Assembly (NCBI RefSeq): GCF_001194135.2
Contig: NC_068983.1
Span: forward strand, 157,515,007 to 157,579,006
DNA: 64,000 nt
Direction of reading: 5' to 3'
From: Octopus bimaculoides
Taxonomy: Eukaryota
Part shown: positions 62,590 through 64,000 of the stretch, piece by piece
Layout: each line of letters starts with the position of its first letter
Numbering within the stretch: position 1 is the first letter of the stretch
Translations under genes and position numbers: made by a program
The notes under the pieces: generated by a model
Database searches by the model: none
Told to the model about the DNA's origin: nothing
The model's input: only the letters and a program-made list of their open reading frames with translations

Positions 62590-63222
62590 AAGTTAAATTG
62601 GACACTAAGCTCCACTTGCAAAGACCTGTTGAGGCAAGTGAAATTGAAATCGAGTTAAATTTGACGACTGGCCACCATGCCAACGTCGTCTCAAGTGAAA
62701 TCGAAATCGAGTAAATTGGACACTAAACTCCACTTGCAAAGACCTGTTGAGGCAAGTAAAATCGAAATCGAGTTAAATTCAACGACTGGCACCCATGCCA
62801 ACGTCGTCTCCTTCATTGGACACGAAACTCAGCTTGTGAAGACTTATTGGTGAAAGCGAAATCGTGAAGGCACCTGTGCCCAGCGTTGCCTTTCTGGCAC
62901 TTGTGCCCATGGCATGTGTAAGGATTTTTGAGCGAGATCGTTGCCAGTGCCCCTGGACTGGCTCTTGTGCGGGTGGCACATAAAATAAACCATTTTGAGA
63001 GTGGCTGTTGCCAGTACTGCCTGACTGGCCTTTGTGCCGGTGGCACGTAAAAGCACCCACTACACTCTCGGAGTGGTTGGCGTTAGGAAGGGCATCCAGC
63101 TGTAGAAACTCTGCCAAATCAGATCGGAGCCTGGTGTAGCCATCTGGTTTCACCAGTCCTCAGTCAAACCGTCCAACCCATGCTAGCATGGAAAGCGGAT
63201 GTTAAACGACGATGATGATGAT
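62590..63222 (+). mobile_element. Long RTE-3'UTR/SINE copy with an internal tandem duplication of about 120 bp (62590-62810)
   Basis: aaattggacactaa.ctccacttgcaaagacctgttgaggcaag...ccatgccaacgtcgtctc occurs twice; (GAT)n tail. Confidence 0.75.
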
Positions 63223-63917
63223 ATGTACATACATATATATATATATGTATTTAGATATGCATATACGGGTACAGGACGTCATAAAACGTAAACAACATGA
63301 AATATGAAAATAAAGTTGGGTACGCAAGCAATGAGAGAAACAAATGGAAAACAAGTCAAGTAACATGAAAAACGACCCTTCATCAGTTGTTGGCTGTCCT
63401 TCTCCTCCTTATATCGAGCAGTGAACAACAATATAAAATTTTGAAGGCAGTTGCTCCCACGAACCAAAATAAAATTGGGGATTTGCAGAGGTTCAAAGTT
63501 GGTAACAAAAACAGGACAGTGGAGACATACAAGGAAACTGAACAAAAACAAACATGGAGGGTCAATAGACCAGATGAGGTAAAGTAGTGAATGCTGGAGA
63601 AATATTGTCTTTGACAAGAGAAAAGATAGAAGAAGAGATAGAAAGGAATACGTGCAGTCTGTACAACAGCACTGAAGGAAAAGAAAGATGACGATGGTCA
63701 TGTGTGAGCAACGAGAGAAAGGAAAGGAGAAAGAGGAAGAGAGAGAAAAAAACAGATAGAAGACAGTGAATGGGGAAAAAAAAGAGAATTAGAGAAAGGA
63801 TGAGAGAGAAAACGAAAGTGGGAGAGAGAGAGAGAATAGTAAAAGGCAGAGTCGCAAAAGTATTAAGATAAACTTACTTGGAAATGGATGCGTGACGTTC
63901 AATCAAATAATAATATA

Positions 63918-63958
<41 letters not shown>

Positions 63959-64000
63959 TATATACATACATATATGTACATACATATATATGTATATAGA

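Overview
AT-rich (microsatellite-rich, gapped) animal genomic scaffold. The SINE/LINE families and TTAGGG repeats look like an octopus (coleoid cephalopod) genome; this is inferred from repeat appearance and was not checked against a database. Two spliced genes lie head-to-head about 13.5 kb apart. (1) A complete 5-exon mitochondrial adenylate kinase 2 (AK2) on the minus strand: join(29517..29413, 18255..18210, 13353..13163, 9823..9656, 8227..7997), 741 nt = 246 aa + stop, all GT-AG, phases consistent. (2) The first six coding exons of a peroxisomal acyl-CoA oxidase (ACOX1-like) on the plus strand: 43052..43178, 51404..51557, 53009..53169, 58299..58406, 60924..61043, 61909..62024 (262 codons); it continues past the window. 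The rest is mostly transposable-element debris: tRNA-derived SINEs, RTE, CR1/L2, CRE and R4/Dong LINE fragments, a Gypsy RT relic, hAT and pogo transposase relics, piggyBac- and Merlin-like MITEs, a Helitron-like element, and Penelope ends. Most notable unexplained signals: a perfect 7-unit heat-shock element with TATA/Inr firing toward AK2 with no HSP gene nearby; several minimal hammerhead-ribozyme motifs, two in an inverted pair inside ACOX1 intron 1; GG-terminated MITEs with 8-bp TSDs that carry inverted telomeric arrays; a MITE inserted into the ACOX1 exon 4 acceptor; a small TIR element with a SAP-domain ORF; and a near-identical 329-bp duplication of a decayed RTE fragment.
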